Source: a virus
Lineage: Duplodnaviria; Heunggongvirae; Uroviricota; Caudoviricetes
Virus record (IMG/VR): IMGVR_UViG_3300031418_000001
Strand: one strand, 5' to 3'
Length of the DNA: 64,000 nt
The notes under the pieces were generated by a model that ran no database searches, was not told where the DNA came from, and saw only the letters and a program-made list of their open reading frames with translations. Position numbers and translations under genes: made by a program. Position 1 is the first letter of the stretch. The number at the start of each line of letters is the position of its first letter. Positions 17,651-27,439 of the stretch are shown one piece after another.

Positions 17651-18186
17651 AAACTTGTATTGTTATATTTGGACGAATGAATATTCCGCATAATGGACAC
17701 GGCCTTCTTTTTAAGAAGGCTCTTTTTTTGCGTGAAGAAAATCCAGAAATGGATATTAAAATCTTTTTGAGTACTCAACAAAATATCAAAAATCCGCTTC
17801 CATTTGATATTAAAACCAGTTACATTAAAAGACTATTTCCAGAAGTGGAAGACTTTATCCAGGACAAATCATGTACTGAAATTTTTAGTATAATGCGTCA
17901 GTTGGATAATGAATATGACAAGATTATTTTACTTGTTGGTTCAGATAGAGTACAGCACTTTAAAACTATTCTTGATTCATATAATGGTACTCAATATGAA
18001 TATAATGAAATTGAAGTAATTGATTGTGGTAATCGTGATGATAATACTTTAAGTGGAACTCAGATGAGAGCCTATGTTTATTCTTATGATTATGAAAACT
18101 TTAGTACTGCATTACCTGATGTATCAGAAGAATTGAAAAAAGAATTTTTTAATGTATGCAAAGGATATATGTTAAATGACTTATGA
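17635..18186 (+). CDS. Cytidylyltransferase-like (HxGH) nucleotidyltransferase
   Basis: FGRMNIPHNGH, KNPLPF, VGSDRV, SGTQMR; start uncertain (TTG). Confidence 0.8.
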   Translation: MGCKLKTCIVIFGRMNIPHNGHGLLFKKALFLREENPEMDIKIFLSTQQNIKNPLPFDIKTSYIKRLFPEVEDFIQDKSCTEIFSIMRQLDNEYDKIILLVGSDRVQHFKTILDSYNGTQYEYNEIEVIDCGNRDDNTLSGTQMRAYVYSYDYENFSTALPDVSEELKKEFFNVCKGYMLNDL

Positions 18187-18730
18187 ATTTAAAGAATTAA
18201 GTACATATGAAAAAGATAATAATTTACTGGAACTAAGTATCGAAGCATTAAAAGTGTGCATTGATGATAATACCAAATTCGTAAAAGCAGGTGAGCATGA
18301 GATCACTTATTCATGTACCCACTCAGTAACGGATACAGATTTTATTCATCAGATAAGTAAGGACATTATTATAACAAAAGAATATTTTGAAAAACATATG
18401 CATAGTTATAATGTCTATATTACTAATGAAAGTACTGATTCTGACCGTTGGTATCTACTAAGTTATTGTGCAAATGATGAAGCTGGTAATACAATTTTTA
18501 TAAATGATAATTGTTATATTAACTTCAATGCAGATGAAAGCTATATGTCGTACTCTAATGATTTAGATGATTTTACTTTACAACGGGGTGAATTATCATT
18601 ACCTTTTACTAAAGATATGTACTTTAATTTAAGCATGAATGTCGATTTCAAAGTTCCTTTTGAGTTGTTAGTACAGGCATTGGAATTCAAACAACCTGAT
18701 GGATTTAATATAAACCTATATAATTACTGA
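18176..18730 (+). CDS. Paralog family A protein (hypothetical)
   Basis: Motif FTKDMYFNLSMNVDF. Confidence 0.75.
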   Translation: MTYEFKELSTYEKDNNLLELSIEALKVCIDDNTKFVKAGEHEITYSCTHSVTDTDFIHQISKDIIITKEYFEKHMHSYNVYITNESTDSDRWYLLSYCANDEAGNTIFINDNCYINFNADESYMSYSNDLDDFTLQRGELSLPFTKDMYFNLSMNVDFKVPFELLVQALEFKQPDGFNINLYNY

Positions 18731-18731
18731 T

Positions 18732-19223
18732 ATGAAAGATTACAATACTTTATTTTTCTCAATGTACAATATTGCTAATCATGTTTGTAAGAACTATACT
18801 CCTTTATTAAAGAAAGATATTTCTGAACTTGAATACAACAGCATAGCTTTCAGATTTCTTGTTAAGAGAACTGCCAGAATGTTATTAGGCAACGTTAATG
18901 AAAGTGTATGTTTTTCAGTGTGGAAACATAATATTGAATTTGAAACAAAGAGAATAATTCAGATCAAGTACCTTGATCCTAATCATGTTGAACAAAAACT
19001 TTCTTTTGTTAAAAATTTCAATGAAGAAGAAACTAACTTATATGTTCATAGTACTGAGTTTGGTAAAATAGATTATCCTTTCAGTACTGAAGATATTTTT
19101 CATTTGAACTTAAGTACTTTTCCAGTAACGATGAAACCAGAAACATACAATAAAATTATGAGTATGCTGGATGAATCAATGTACAGTCTATCTTTTTGTT
19201 TGGATTCATATGATGCGTTTTGA
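18732..19223 (+). CDS. Paralog family A protein (hypothetical)
   Basis: Motif FSTEDIFHLNLST. Confidence 0.7.
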   Translation: MKDYNTLFFSMYNIANHVCKNYTPLLKKDISELEYNSIAFRFLVKRTARMLLGNVNESVCFSVWKHNIEFETKRIIQIKYLDPNHVEQKLSFVKNFNEEETNLYVHSTEFGKIDYPFSTEDIFHLNLSTFPVTMKPETYNKIMSMLDESMYSLSFCLDSYDAF

Positions 19224-19494
19224 AGTTAATACTTATTTTTGGGAAGACAATGAGAAGGTAGGATTACGCCAGATCAAAGTACGTAATACTGATCGAATCC
19301 TTGCGGTAATCAATGCTAACTGTGTTGATGGGGTGTGGCTTTGCTCATTTGTTCCTATGGGTTTCAGGTTTGAAATTACTGAAATGGATGACCTTAAAAC
19401 ATGTATAGAAAGGTCTGAAATTATCATGAAATTACTTACTAAAGTACAACTTACCTTATCAGAAGTAGAGGAAATTATTAATGGATTTCTATGA
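19213..19494 (+). CDS. Hypothetical protein
   Basis: ORF 19171..19494; ATG 19213 gives an 11-nt overlap. Confidence 0.7.
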   Translation: MRFEVNTYFWEDNEKVGLRQIKVRNTDRILAVINANCVDGVWLCSFVPMGFRFEITEMDDLKTCIERSEIIMKLLTKVQLTLSEVEEIINGFL

Positions 19495-20029
19495 GTACAT
19501 CTTAAAAACTTTGTCCAATTTTCCTTACGGTGCATTTGATTCCAAATATAGTAAAACATTTTTCAGTACCTTAAATGGTGATCTTGTTCTATTTGACAAG
19601 TTTGTATATGGCACAAATGCTTCTACTAAGAAAGTATTTGAGGATAAACTTGAGCATATGGATATGTATGACTTTGGTCTTCATCATATAACAGAAGATA
19701 CTATATACGAACAATCATTATATACAATGTCTTCATTTGGTAAGGATGGTATTTGTAAAGTTTTTCTGGAAACTGGTAAGTACTTTGCCTTTATGGATGA
19801 TGAATTTTATTATAGTTATCCAAGTACTGAAAACTATAAAATACCAAGTACTTTAGAAGATTGGTTCAATATGTCGATGGTACTCGAAAATATTTTATCA
19901 TTGGAAGAATTTAATATAATCCAAAAGATAAGAGAAGTCGTACCGAATGGTTATGATTTTGAAATTTACAAAGATTGTTGGGAAGAACATAAAAGTTCCT
20001 TGACAAAGGATATAAAATCTATAGCATAG
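19481..20029 (+). CDS. Paralog family A protein (hypothetical)
   Basis: Motif TLEDWFNMSMVLENILSLEEF. Confidence 0.75.
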   Translation: MDFYEYILKTLSNFPYGAFDSKYSKTFFSTLNGDLVLFDKFVYGTNASTKKVFEDKLEHMDMYDFGLHHITEDTIYEQSLYTMSSFGKDGICKVFLETGKYFAFMDDEFYYSYPSTENYKIPSTLEDWFNMSMVLENILSLEEFNIIQKIREVVPNGYDFEIYKDCWEEHKSSLTKDIKSIA

Positions 20030-20042
20030 GGGTCATTAGGAA

Positions 20043-20513
20043 ATGGATGGCGAAATTCGAAGTGGTTTTGAGGTTCATAAAATCCTTGACTACGTTCAGT
20101 ACGTAAATGATAATTTTGATACACTGAACGATGGTAAAAAGCATTACCTTAACAACCAAGAAATTTATGTGTGTCGCATAGGTGAGTACCTGAAATTGGG
20201 AAAGCCTGGTGTACCTAAGAGTACTGGATTTGCTTTCGTTAAAAAAGGTGGCAGACACGCACAAATACAGATAGACAATGAAATTGCATATCGTTTCATT
20301 AATGGTACTTTGTTTAAACGTATTTTTGAAAGAAACGGAAAAGAATTTAACTCATATGATAAAGAATTTGAGTTAACTAAAGAATTTGTTTTCCACTCAA
20401 GTTTTGAAGATAAACAGGCTTATATACTGTGTTATGAAGAACTTGTGAGAATTCAAAAAATGAGTAAAGTACTTAATTTTGAGATTTATTTACAAAGTTT
20501 TATTAAAAAATAA
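20043..20513 (+). CDS. Probable paralog family A protein
   Basis: Motif LTKEFVFHSSF..ILCYEEL. Confidence 0.65.
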   Translation: MDGEIRSGFEVHKILDYVQYVNDNFDTLNDGKKHYLNNQEIYVCRIGEYLKLGKPGVPKSTGFAFVKKGGRHAQIQIDNEIAYRFINGTLFKRIFERNGKEFNSYDKEFELTKEFVFHSSFEDKQAYILCYEELVRIQKMSKVLNFEIYLQSFIKK

Positions 20514-20535
20514 CTTACACTAACAGGTTAATTAA

Positions 20536-21276
20536 ATGAATACACTCGTAGAGTTATACCATCTTTCTTTAAATCCTGCTATTACTATCGGCTGGCCTAT
20601 CAGTTACATTGAACTTATTATCCTATTCTTCAATGTACTTTGTGTTTATCTGGTAGGAAAAAATAAAGTACTTAACTATCCAGTAGGTTTAGTTGGTATT
20701 GTAACTTATATGTTCTTCTGTTACACTCTGAACTTCTACTCAGAGTACTTTTTACAGATGTTCTTCTTTGTATTCAGCCTGATTGGTTGGTATTTGTGGA
20801 GCAAAAAAGACAATTCGGGTGCAGTACTTCAAGTACATTATATGAGTTGGTTTGGATTTGGTGGTCTTTGTGTATTCTGGTTAGGTGCATCATACCTGTT
20901 AGGATCGAATATCAATCAGTTATTTGCTTTGTATGTTACTAAGGTACTGTTCCCTTTGCTTGACGTTATCGGGATCACTCATGGTGAATATGTACATGAG
21001 GCGGCGAGTTTCCCATATCTTGATGCATTTACCGTATGGGGTCAGATCATTGCAACATTCCTGATGATTCGCCGCGTGGTACAAAGCTGGATTTGTTGGA
21101 TTGCAATTGATGTACTTTGTGTACCGATGTTTTACCTTAAAGGTGGCTTCGGTGTAAGTATTATGTTTGGTATCTTTACTGTATTGGCTACTATGGGATT
21201 AGTAAAATGGATCAAGTTAGCGAAAGCACAAAAGCAACAGTACCAGAAATCCACAACCGAATTCGCCAGTATCTGA
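20536..21276 (+). CDS. pnuC: Nicotinamide riboside transporter PnuC
   Basis: Multi-TM protein; NYPVGLVG, LQMFFF..IGWYLW, PYLDAFT, W..WIAIDV motifs. Confidence 0.9.
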   Translation: MNTLVELYHLSLNPAITIGWPISYIELIILFFNVLCVYLVGKNKVLNYPVGLVGIVTYMFFCYTLNFYSEYFLQMFFFVFSLIGWYLWSKKDNSGAVLQVHYMSWFGFGGLCVFWLGASYLLGSNINQLFALYVTKVLFPLLDVIGITHGEYVHEAASFPYLDAFTVWGQIIATFLMIRRVVQSWICWIAIDVLCVPMFYLKGGFGVSIMFGIFTVLATMGLVKWIKLAKAQKQQYQKSTTEFASI

Positions 21277-21470
21277 CGAATCACAGTACCAATAAATTGA
21301 GTGGAAATTATCATTTGTTCTTTAATGGTAATTATGACAATAGCCATATTGAGTTCTGTATTGAACAATGCATTGAACGTTCTGATGCTGAAGGTGCTGA
21401 GATTGGTAAAGTACTTCTCAGTATGAGTAAAACACAACGCAAAAAACTCACACATAGTGGTGGGTATTAA
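21207..21470 (+). CDS. Hypothetical protein overlapping the pnuC 3' end
   Basis: 87-aa ORF ending LLSMSKTQRKKL; followed by a terminator. Confidence 0.55.
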   Translation: MDQVSESTKATVPEIHNRIRQYLTNHSTNKLSGNYHLFFNGNYDNSHIEFCIEQCIERSDAEGAEIGKVLLSMSKTQRKKLTHSGGY

Positions 21471-21473
21471 GAG

Positions 21474-21496
21474 AAGGGAGCTTATGCTCCCTTTTT
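21474..21496 (+). terminator. Intrinsic terminator
   Basis: AAGGGAGC-TTAT-GCTCCCTT-TTT. Confidence 0.85.
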
Positions 21497-21510
21497 ACGT
21501 GGAATGAAAT

Positions 21511-21978
21511 ATGAAACTAATCGACACATTTTTAAATTTTAAGTACATTTATGAGAACTCATACTCTTTGTATGAAAAATTAAATCATGAACCCGTTGCG
21601 TATCATGCAGATTATAAAGTACAGAAATGTAATTTACCGTCTGGTTCTAAAAGTATGATGGTATCTAAATTCTGTACGACTGAAAGAGATTTCAGACAAA
21701 TTTGTGATATTATCGACCCTCATGTTGTTCACTATCCATGTGAAATTCAAATATCAATCATTCTTAAAAATGGTGGATGGATTAGGATAGTTAATGATGG
21801 AATGCCGGTATTGACAAGATTAGTAAATTTTGAAGGTAATATCACTAAGGACTTAAAGAAAGACGAATATTTTAATATAATTACAGGTTACGATATTCCT
21901 TATAGTTATGAAGATATCATGAAAGTACTTGATATTACAAAAGATGTTAAACATGATGTATGGATATATATGAAATGA
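21511..21978 (+). CDS. Paralog family A protein (hypothetical)
   Basis: Motif LKKDEYFNIITGYDIPYSYEDI. Confidence 0.75.
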   Translation: MKLIDTFLNFKYIYENSYSLYEKLNHEPVAYHADYKVQKCNLPSGSKSMMVSKFCTTERDFRQICDIIDPHVVHYPCEIQISIILKNGGWIRIVNDGMPVLTRLVNFEGNITKDLKKDEYFNIITGYDIPYSYEDIMKVLDITKDVKHDVWIYMK

Positions 21979-22418
21979 CACCATTAGAAATACTTAAAAG
22001 TATGTTACCTCTTTATCACATGCGTAATAAAATTGATTGTACTACACTTGTTGATGAATATCTTTGTACTGTTGGTGGTAATAAATTGACGGTTTATCAT
22101 AATAATTACCGAGATCATGGTAGACTGATGGAAGTATCTGATATTCATCGCACTAAGTTTAATAATGTTTGTATAAGATTTTATTCTTCAGATATTTCTA
22201 AAGGATTTACTGTACTTAAGAAGAATAATCATTCTGTATTATTTTCGGCGGGTGATAATTTATGGAATAAAACACAACTAATTGATACCAACGTTGAACG
22301 AGATATGTTCTTCAATTTATCAATGGAACTTAATATTTCTTTATCCTATGAAGAATTACAAGAATTAGGTAAGTTGTGTTCTCAGATTAATCATGACATA
22401 GCGTTCTACTTAAGATGA
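21975..22418 (+). CDS. Paralog family A protein (hypothetical)
   Basis: Motif VERDMFFNLSMELNISLSYEEL. Confidence 0.75.
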   Translation: MTPLEILKSMLPLYHMRNKIDCTTLVDEYLCTVGGNKLTVYHNNYRDHGRLMEVSDIHRTKFNNVCIRFYSSDISKGFTVLKKNNHSVLFSAGDNLWNKTQLIDTNVERDMFFNLSMELNISLSYEELQELGKLCSQINHDIAFYLR

Positions 22419-22903
22419 ATAATGAAAAGCTAATAAAAATACTTCAGGCTGTTAAGTACGTACTACAAAATCATAAAACTATTAATTTAAACATTCATTG
22501 TCATTATGAATTATCTGACTGGATTATGCTAAGAAAGTCTCCCGTAAATGGTCAGTATATTCTTACTGAAAGGATTGATGGATACTTGGGATATGATTTA
22601 GCTCGTATTAAACCTGGTATTCCACGTGATGTTAATATCATAAATGTAGATAACGAAATACAGTACTACAGATTAAAAACAGCAGAAAAAGAAAGGAATG
22701 ATATTTCCTTTGTTGATGTTGATGAAAATTATAACGAGAAGGAAATAATATTTGATATTCCGGTAAGTAGGGATGACTATTTTAATCAAACTTTGTTGTA
22801 TGATTTAAAAATAAGTTTAGAAGTACTTGAAACTATTGAAGATACTGGAAAATATCTTAGTGGTAATATGAATGTTGTTATGATAACTGGTGCTAAAAAA
22901 TGA
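22415..22903 (+). CDS. Paralog family A protein (hypothetical)
   Basis: Motif VSRDDYFNQTLLYDLKISLEVL. Confidence 0.75.
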   Translation: MNNEKLIKILQAVKYVLQNHKTINLNIHCHYELSDWIMLRKSPVNGQYILTERIDGYLGYDLARIKPGIPRDVNIINVDNEIQYYRLKTAEKERNDISFVDVDENYNEKEIIFDIPVSRDDYFNQTLLYDLKISLEVLETIEDTGKYLSGNMNVVMITGAKK

Positions 22904-23922
22904 AAACAGCAGTGATTATTGGTAAGTTCTATCCTTTACATGATGGTCATATTGATATGTTCGAAAGTGCATTACGGGAAATGGATAAAGTGTATGTACT
23001 GGTATGTACCAACAGTACTCAAACTTGGAATAACTTAACACCAGAAGAAAGAACTACGGCAGTGGTTTATGGTATGAATTATTACTATCCAGAACTTACC
23101 AATAAACTCGAAGTACATAACTTTGATGATAGTGACATGCCTGATTCACAGGAATCTGATAGTGAAGTTTCTAAGACATGGGCTAAATTCTTGGTAAACC
23201 GTTTTCCTGATATGACCCACTTTTACGGTTCTGAACCCTATATCAAGATGATGGCAGACCACGAGAATAAGGAATATGTCTTAATTGACCGCAAGATCAA
23301 CCCAATCAGTGGAACCATGTGCAGAAATGAAACAACTAAGTACTTTGCACATCTTTCACCATATATCAAACTGAAAGCTGTTAAACGTATTTGTATTGTT
23401 GGTGCTGAAAGTTCAGGCAAAAGTACTTTAGCTTATAATCTAAAAGAACATTATAAAGGTCGAACTACCTTGATTCAGGAATCTGGCCGGATGCTAATGA
23501 GTCAGCCTAAATTAAACCGGAATCATTTTATAGATTTTGGACTAAAACAATTCAGTAATATTTTTCTTAATGACTTTAATTGTCAACGTCCGTACCAGAT
23601 TATTGATACTGATGTTGGTATTACTAATTTATACTGTCATGAGTACCTGAACCTTGGATATGAACTGGATGTACTTCAAACTCTACGTGCAAGAGAAAAG
23701 TATGATTTCTATCTGGTACTGTCTCCTGATGTTAAATTTGTACAGGACGGAATGCGTATCCATGATGACCAGGAAAAAAGAGTGACGTTTTTCAAAAAGG
23801 TACTTGACTATGTGGAGAAAAGTGGTGTACCCTTCAAGGTAATCTACCAATCTGATTACGATGAACGATTCAGAGCGGCAACTCAAATACTTGAAACGCT
23901 TTTTGATATTAAGGCCGATTAA
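22900..23922 (+). CDS. nadR: NadR-like bifunctional NMN adenylyltransferase / nicotinamide riboside kinase (no HTH)
   Basis: GKFYPLHDGH (HxGH), ISGT..R, P-loop GAESSGKSTL, IDTD, FVQDGMR. Confidence 0.9.
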   Translation: MKTAVIIGKFYPLHDGHIDMFESALREMDKVYVLVCTNSTQTWNNLTPEERTTAVVYGMNYYYPELTNKLEVHNFDDSDMPDSQESDSEVSKTWAKFLVNRFPDMTHFYGSEPYIKMMADHENKEYVLIDRKINPISGTMCRNETTKYFAHLSPYIKLKAVKRICIVGAESSGKSTLAYNLKEHYKGRTTLIQESGRMLMSQPKLNRNHFIDFGLKQFSNIFLNDFNCQRPYQIIDTDVGITNLYCHEYLNLGYELDVLQTLRAREKYDFYLVLSPDVKFVQDGMRIHDDQEKRVTFFKKVLDYVEKSGVPFKVIYQSDYDERFRAATQILETLFDIKAD

Positions 23923-24644
23923 TGGATATTAAAGCAGTAAACGCCGGAACAAAGGTACTGTTGAAAGATATTAAAAATGACACTTTCTTTGTTAACACGA
24001 CCCTTAAACTTTTCATGATTAAAGATAATGACAAGTTTCTTATTAATGACGTTCAGAACAAAAAGAACTATTTAAGTACTTTACATTCTGACAGTGATGA
24101 ATGCTTGGTCTGTACTGAAAATTATCGTGAGTTCGCCTATCAATGTGAAGTTGAACGCATGAAACTCTTGGAAAGTAATAAAGTTCCTGATAGTCGTTTT
24201 TATGGTGAACATGGTATTGCTGCTATTCCGGTTTCAGGTTCATGTTGGTTCACCTCAACTGCGACAGTTTATAAAGTACTTGATGGTGTTCAATATATCT
24301 TTGATGCAACTGATGCACATGGTGAATATGTTCATGAGAAAGTATCTGATTTAATTGAGTGCTTTGATATTATTCATCTGAACTATCATCAACAGATTAA
24401 AGAAGTAGTACATTACTTACAGAAAAATGATCAAATTGGGGATGTATGGGTTCTGATTTCTGGACATACCGTTTACCACCAGTTGTTCATTGGTAATAGT
24501 ACTGGATACATTTGTTCTATGTGGTTCGGTGATAAGCATCCAATTAAGACTGTTAATTGTTCAGTAGAATGGGAAAAAAATAACATTTATTTTGAAGACT
24601 TTAAAAGTACTTTGAATGTAAAAATAAAAGAAAGTTCGAGTTAG
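23922..24644 (+). CDS. Hypothetical protein
   Basis: 240-aa ORF, TAATG coupling. Confidence 0.7.
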   Translation: MDIKAVNAGTKVLLKDIKNDTFFVNTTLKLFMIKDNDKFLINDVQNKKNYLSTLHSDSDECLVCTENYREFAYQCEVERMKLLESNKVPDSRFYGEHGIAAIPVSGSCWFTSTATVYKVLDGVQYIFDATDAHGEYVHEKVSDLIECFDIIHLNYHQQIKEVVHYLQKNDQIGDVWVLISGHTVYHQLFIGNSTGYICSMWFGDKHPIKTVNCSVEWEKNNIYFEDFKSTLNVKIKESSS

Positions 24645-24657
24645 TATAGGAGATAAA

Positions 24658-25119
24658 ATGTTCCTTGAAGATAAAGTCACAGTTCCTGAATACTATACAA
24701 GTTCAACGTTGAGGGACTTTTTTGGTTTTGTTCCTGTACTGGATTGTGAAACTCATTCTTATTATTCAGTAGAGAATGAGCATCCAGATGCAGAATTTAA
24801 AAGAGTTACGCCAGTTTTTGGCGGAATACGTAATGCACCATATTGCATGGAAGAATACTTTCTTGAACGTGGTATAATTGAAAAGAAAGATTATAAAAAA
24901 TCTGATCTAAGTGGTACATATGAACAGTACCTTGAGCATTACAAAAAGGTACTGGACAATATAAAAAATAATCCCTATCTTCTTACCTTTGTTGGATGTG
25001 ATGATGGTGACACCGGAATACGGTTCCCTGATAAAGAAACAGCGTTAAAATATGCACAAAATGAGATAGTATATTTCGATGAAGTATACGAAGATAAACG
25101 TTCTATGAGAATTAATTAA
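24658..25119 (+). CDS. Hypothetical protein
   Basis: 153-aa ORF, AGGAG SD. Confidence 0.75.
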   Translation: MFLEDKVTVPEYYTSSTLRDFFGFVPVLDCETHSYYSVENEHPDAEFKRVTPVFGGIRNAPYCMEEYFLERGIIEKKDYKKSDLSGTYEQYLEHYKKVLDNIKNNPYLLTFVGCDDGDTGIRFPDKETALKYAQNEIVYFDEVYEDKRSMRIN

Positions 25120-25748
25120 TGATTAAAACTGATTTTGACAAACTACGCACTAAAGTACTTGGTATTATCGAAGGTATGGCAATGATTGATAATAAGTACT
25201 TCGATCTTCGTCGTGCTGTTTTATTTGCAGAGAAGGTACATTGTGGGTCACGTAAAGATGGGTCTAAGGAATTTAGTCACCAACTTGAAATGCTTGCATT
25301 CGCACTTACTCTTCACAGTCTTCTTAATAAGCCATTTGAAGTATACATTAGTATTGTACTTCATGACTTATATGAAGACTACCCTCAGTATCTTGAAGAC
25401 ATTCGTAAGAATTTCCCTGATGCCGAGGAATTTTCTGTACGGTTAAGTAAGTATAAAGACCGTTCAGGAAAAGAGTACTACAGTTATTTTAATGGTATTG
25501 CTGAATGTGAAGTATGTTCAGTTGTAAAGGCAATCGACCGTTATCATAATTTAAGTACTGCACCTGGTGTTTTCAGTAATAGTAAAATTTTGGAATATTG
25601 TGAAGAAGTTGAAACGTATTTTATTCCAATGTTAAGAAAGGCAAAACAATTACACAACCAACGAGCAGTATATGAACTGATGAAAAGCATTTTGACAACA
25701 CAAGTCAATACAATTGATAAGTTTTGTTCAACCAAAACAGATGCTTAA
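25119..25748 (+). CDS. HD-domain hydrolase, SpoT/MESH1 (small alarmone hydrolase)-like
   Basis: FAEKVH.G.RKDG..EFSH, VLHDLYED, VKAIDRYHNL. Confidence 0.8.
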   Translation: MIKTDFDKLRTKVLGIIEGMAMIDNKYFDLRRAVLFAEKVHCGSRKDGSKEFSHQLEMLAFALTLHSLLNKPFEVYISIVLHDLYEDYPQYLEDIRKNFPDAEEFSVRLSKYKDRSGKEYYSYFNGIAECEVCSVVKAIDRYHNLSTAPGVFSNSKILEYCEEVETYFIPMLRKAKQLHNQRAVYELMKSILTTQVNTIDKFCSTKTDA

Positions 25749-25850
25749 AATCTGTCCTTTCGTGTTCGTTCCGCACGAAAGGAATTGATATTGCCGCTCC
25801 GTTGATGTATTGTGTGTTAACTAAAGTAAAATTAGCACATCTTAAGGTCA

Positions 25851-26105
25851 ATGGACATGAAGAAAGATATAATAAAAATGATCCTTAAACGGGTCTATTC
25901 AATAGCCTATAACTTTGTCTTTGTATGTTATTTTGCAATGTTTATCACTGCATTATTCATGTTTGGATGGTTTGTGGTTTACTTAATTTCGGGAATTACA
26001 GGAACATTACTTTACTATTTTGTATTAGTAATCTTAGTCTGCTTTTCAATAGTACTTATGAGAATAGGTATTATTGAAGTGTTTAAGAAGTACATAAAAA
26101 GATAG
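25851..26105 (+). CDS. Hypothetical membrane protein
   Basis: 84 aa with two hydrophobic segments. Confidence 0.6.
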   Translation: MDMKKDIIKMILKRVYSIAYNFVFVCYFAMFITALFMFGWFVVYLISGITGTLLYYFVLVILVCFSIVLMRIGIIEVFKKYIKR

Positions 26106-26140
26106 GAGACTAACAATAATCTTGCAAAGGAGTTGCGATT

Positions 26141-26875
26141 ATGGATTATTTAAAATTTAGTATTGAAATGGCGAATGAGCTAAACAAGAGCCACTACCAA
26201 AGCCTTACCCCAATGATGGCAGAAAATGCAGTAGCTTCTGCTATTGATGGGGTGAGTTGCGGAAAGGCAAACTACTTAGCTGATGCTTATAGTGCAGTAA
26301 ACAGCATCCAGTACTCTGTAAAGATGTACAAGGATAATTTCGTCATGAAGTACATTAATGGTGAAATACAGGAAGAACGAAACTATACGGATTTCATTAT
26401 TGAACGCCGGATTTCTGGTGTGTCAGACCCTAACGGTGATGCACAATCAGTAATGAAAGAAGTATTACAGGATGTATTTGATAATGAGAATGTAAGTAAA
26501 ACCTATTATGGTGTACGTGAAACTAACACAGTGCTCCTTGGGTATTCTGAAGATTCTGATTACTTTTATTTCCGTACAACCGTTCTTCCGTATGAGTATG
26601 AGCCACCAGCTTATAGCGAGGTTAAATTCTTCTCTGAACAGAATAAGAATTTTAACAAGCATATTGGAAATCGTGAAAGTATATTGGGTTACAATTCTAA
26701 TGGGTTGTGTGTGTATAAGTGGATTCACCCGAATTCACAAACTTATACACGCACACTACAGAAGAAATATAATCTACAAGATGAAGAATCATTCTATTTC
26801 AAAGTACAGAAAGCTGAATATATTCGCCCGTCTGATGACCAATTACTCTCTCATATAATTCCATTCAAGATTTGA
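26141..26875 (+). CDS. Hypothetical protein
   Basis: 244-aa ORF, AAGGAG SD. Confidence 0.8.
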   Translation: MDYLKFSIEMANELNKSHYQSLTPMMAENAVASAIDGVSCGKANYLADAYSAVNSIQYSVKMYKDNFVMKYINGEIQEERNYTDFIIERRISGVSDPNGDAQSVMKEVLQDVFDNENVSKTYYGVRETNTVLLGYSEDSDYFYFRTTVLPYEYEPPAYSEVKFFSEQNKNFNKHIGNRESILGYNSNGLCVYKWIHPNSQTYTRTLQKKYNLQDEESFYFKVQKAEYIRPSDDQLLSHIIPFKI

Positions 26876-26883
26876 TTTTATTA

Positions 26884-26914
26884 TGGGGTACTGAAAAGTA
26901 CCCCAATTTATTTT
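26884..26914 (+). terminator. Intrinsic terminator
   Basis: TGGGGTACT-GAAA-AGTACCCCA-ATTTATTTTT. Confidence 0.75.
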
Positions 26915-26968
26915 TGGATAATAGCTAAAGGTTATCCAAAAATAAATTCCTGAAATAAAGGTTAATAT

Positions 26969-27439
26969 ATGCTTACTGAAAAAGATATTGATTTGATATT
27001 CTTAGAATTATCAAAGTTTGAAGAAGTATTAGTAAATTATGTTCCTAAACAAACAGTATTAGATGGTTATTATATTAATCACCTTAATAATTATGTTATT
27101 ATTGGAGCAAGTGTTAATATTGCAGAAACCATTGTCTCATTTTTAAGTATGAGACACATTGATACGTTATTCTTTGAAACACCTCGGACTATGTATTCTG
27201 ACTTGAATAAGTTCTCAATGAATATTATTCCAAGTACTAATTATATGATGGAAGATGTTCATCATCATGAGTTTTATGATAAGGGTGAATTTTTCAATAT
27301 GAATATTACTGGTGAAATTCAGGGCATCCCTTATGAAACTTATGAAGTTTTTGTGAATATAACTAACCGATTAATCAAACGGAAATATATTTCAGAGCAA
27401 ACCAAGAATATTCAGATAGGACTTAATAACTTATGTTAG
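26969..27439 (+). CDS. Paralog family A protein (hypothetical)
   Basis: Motif YDKGEFFNMNITG..IPYETY. Confidence 0.7.
   Translation: MLTEKDIDLIFLELSKFEEVLVNYVPKQTVLDGYYINHLNNYVIIGASVNIAETIVSFLSMRHIDTLFFETPRTMYSDLNKFSMNIIPSTNYMMEDVHHHEFYDKGEFFNMNITGEIQGIPYETYEVFVNITNRLIKRKYISEQTKNIQIGLNNLC

Noticed and set aside
25755-25842. Two hairpins in the gap after the HD hydrolase (TCCTTTCGTG/CACGAAAGGA; GTGTTAA/TTAGCAC) as a riboswitch or sRNA
   Set aside because: Only about 90 nt, with no recognisable aptamer or promoter; simplest reading is a terminator or processing site lacking a clear U-tract.
26120-26140. SD in a hairpin loop (TGCAA-AGGAG-TTGCG) as a third copy of the NAD leader
   Set aside because: Similar geometry, but no sequence identity and no upstream GTAGCGTTGTAGCTA.
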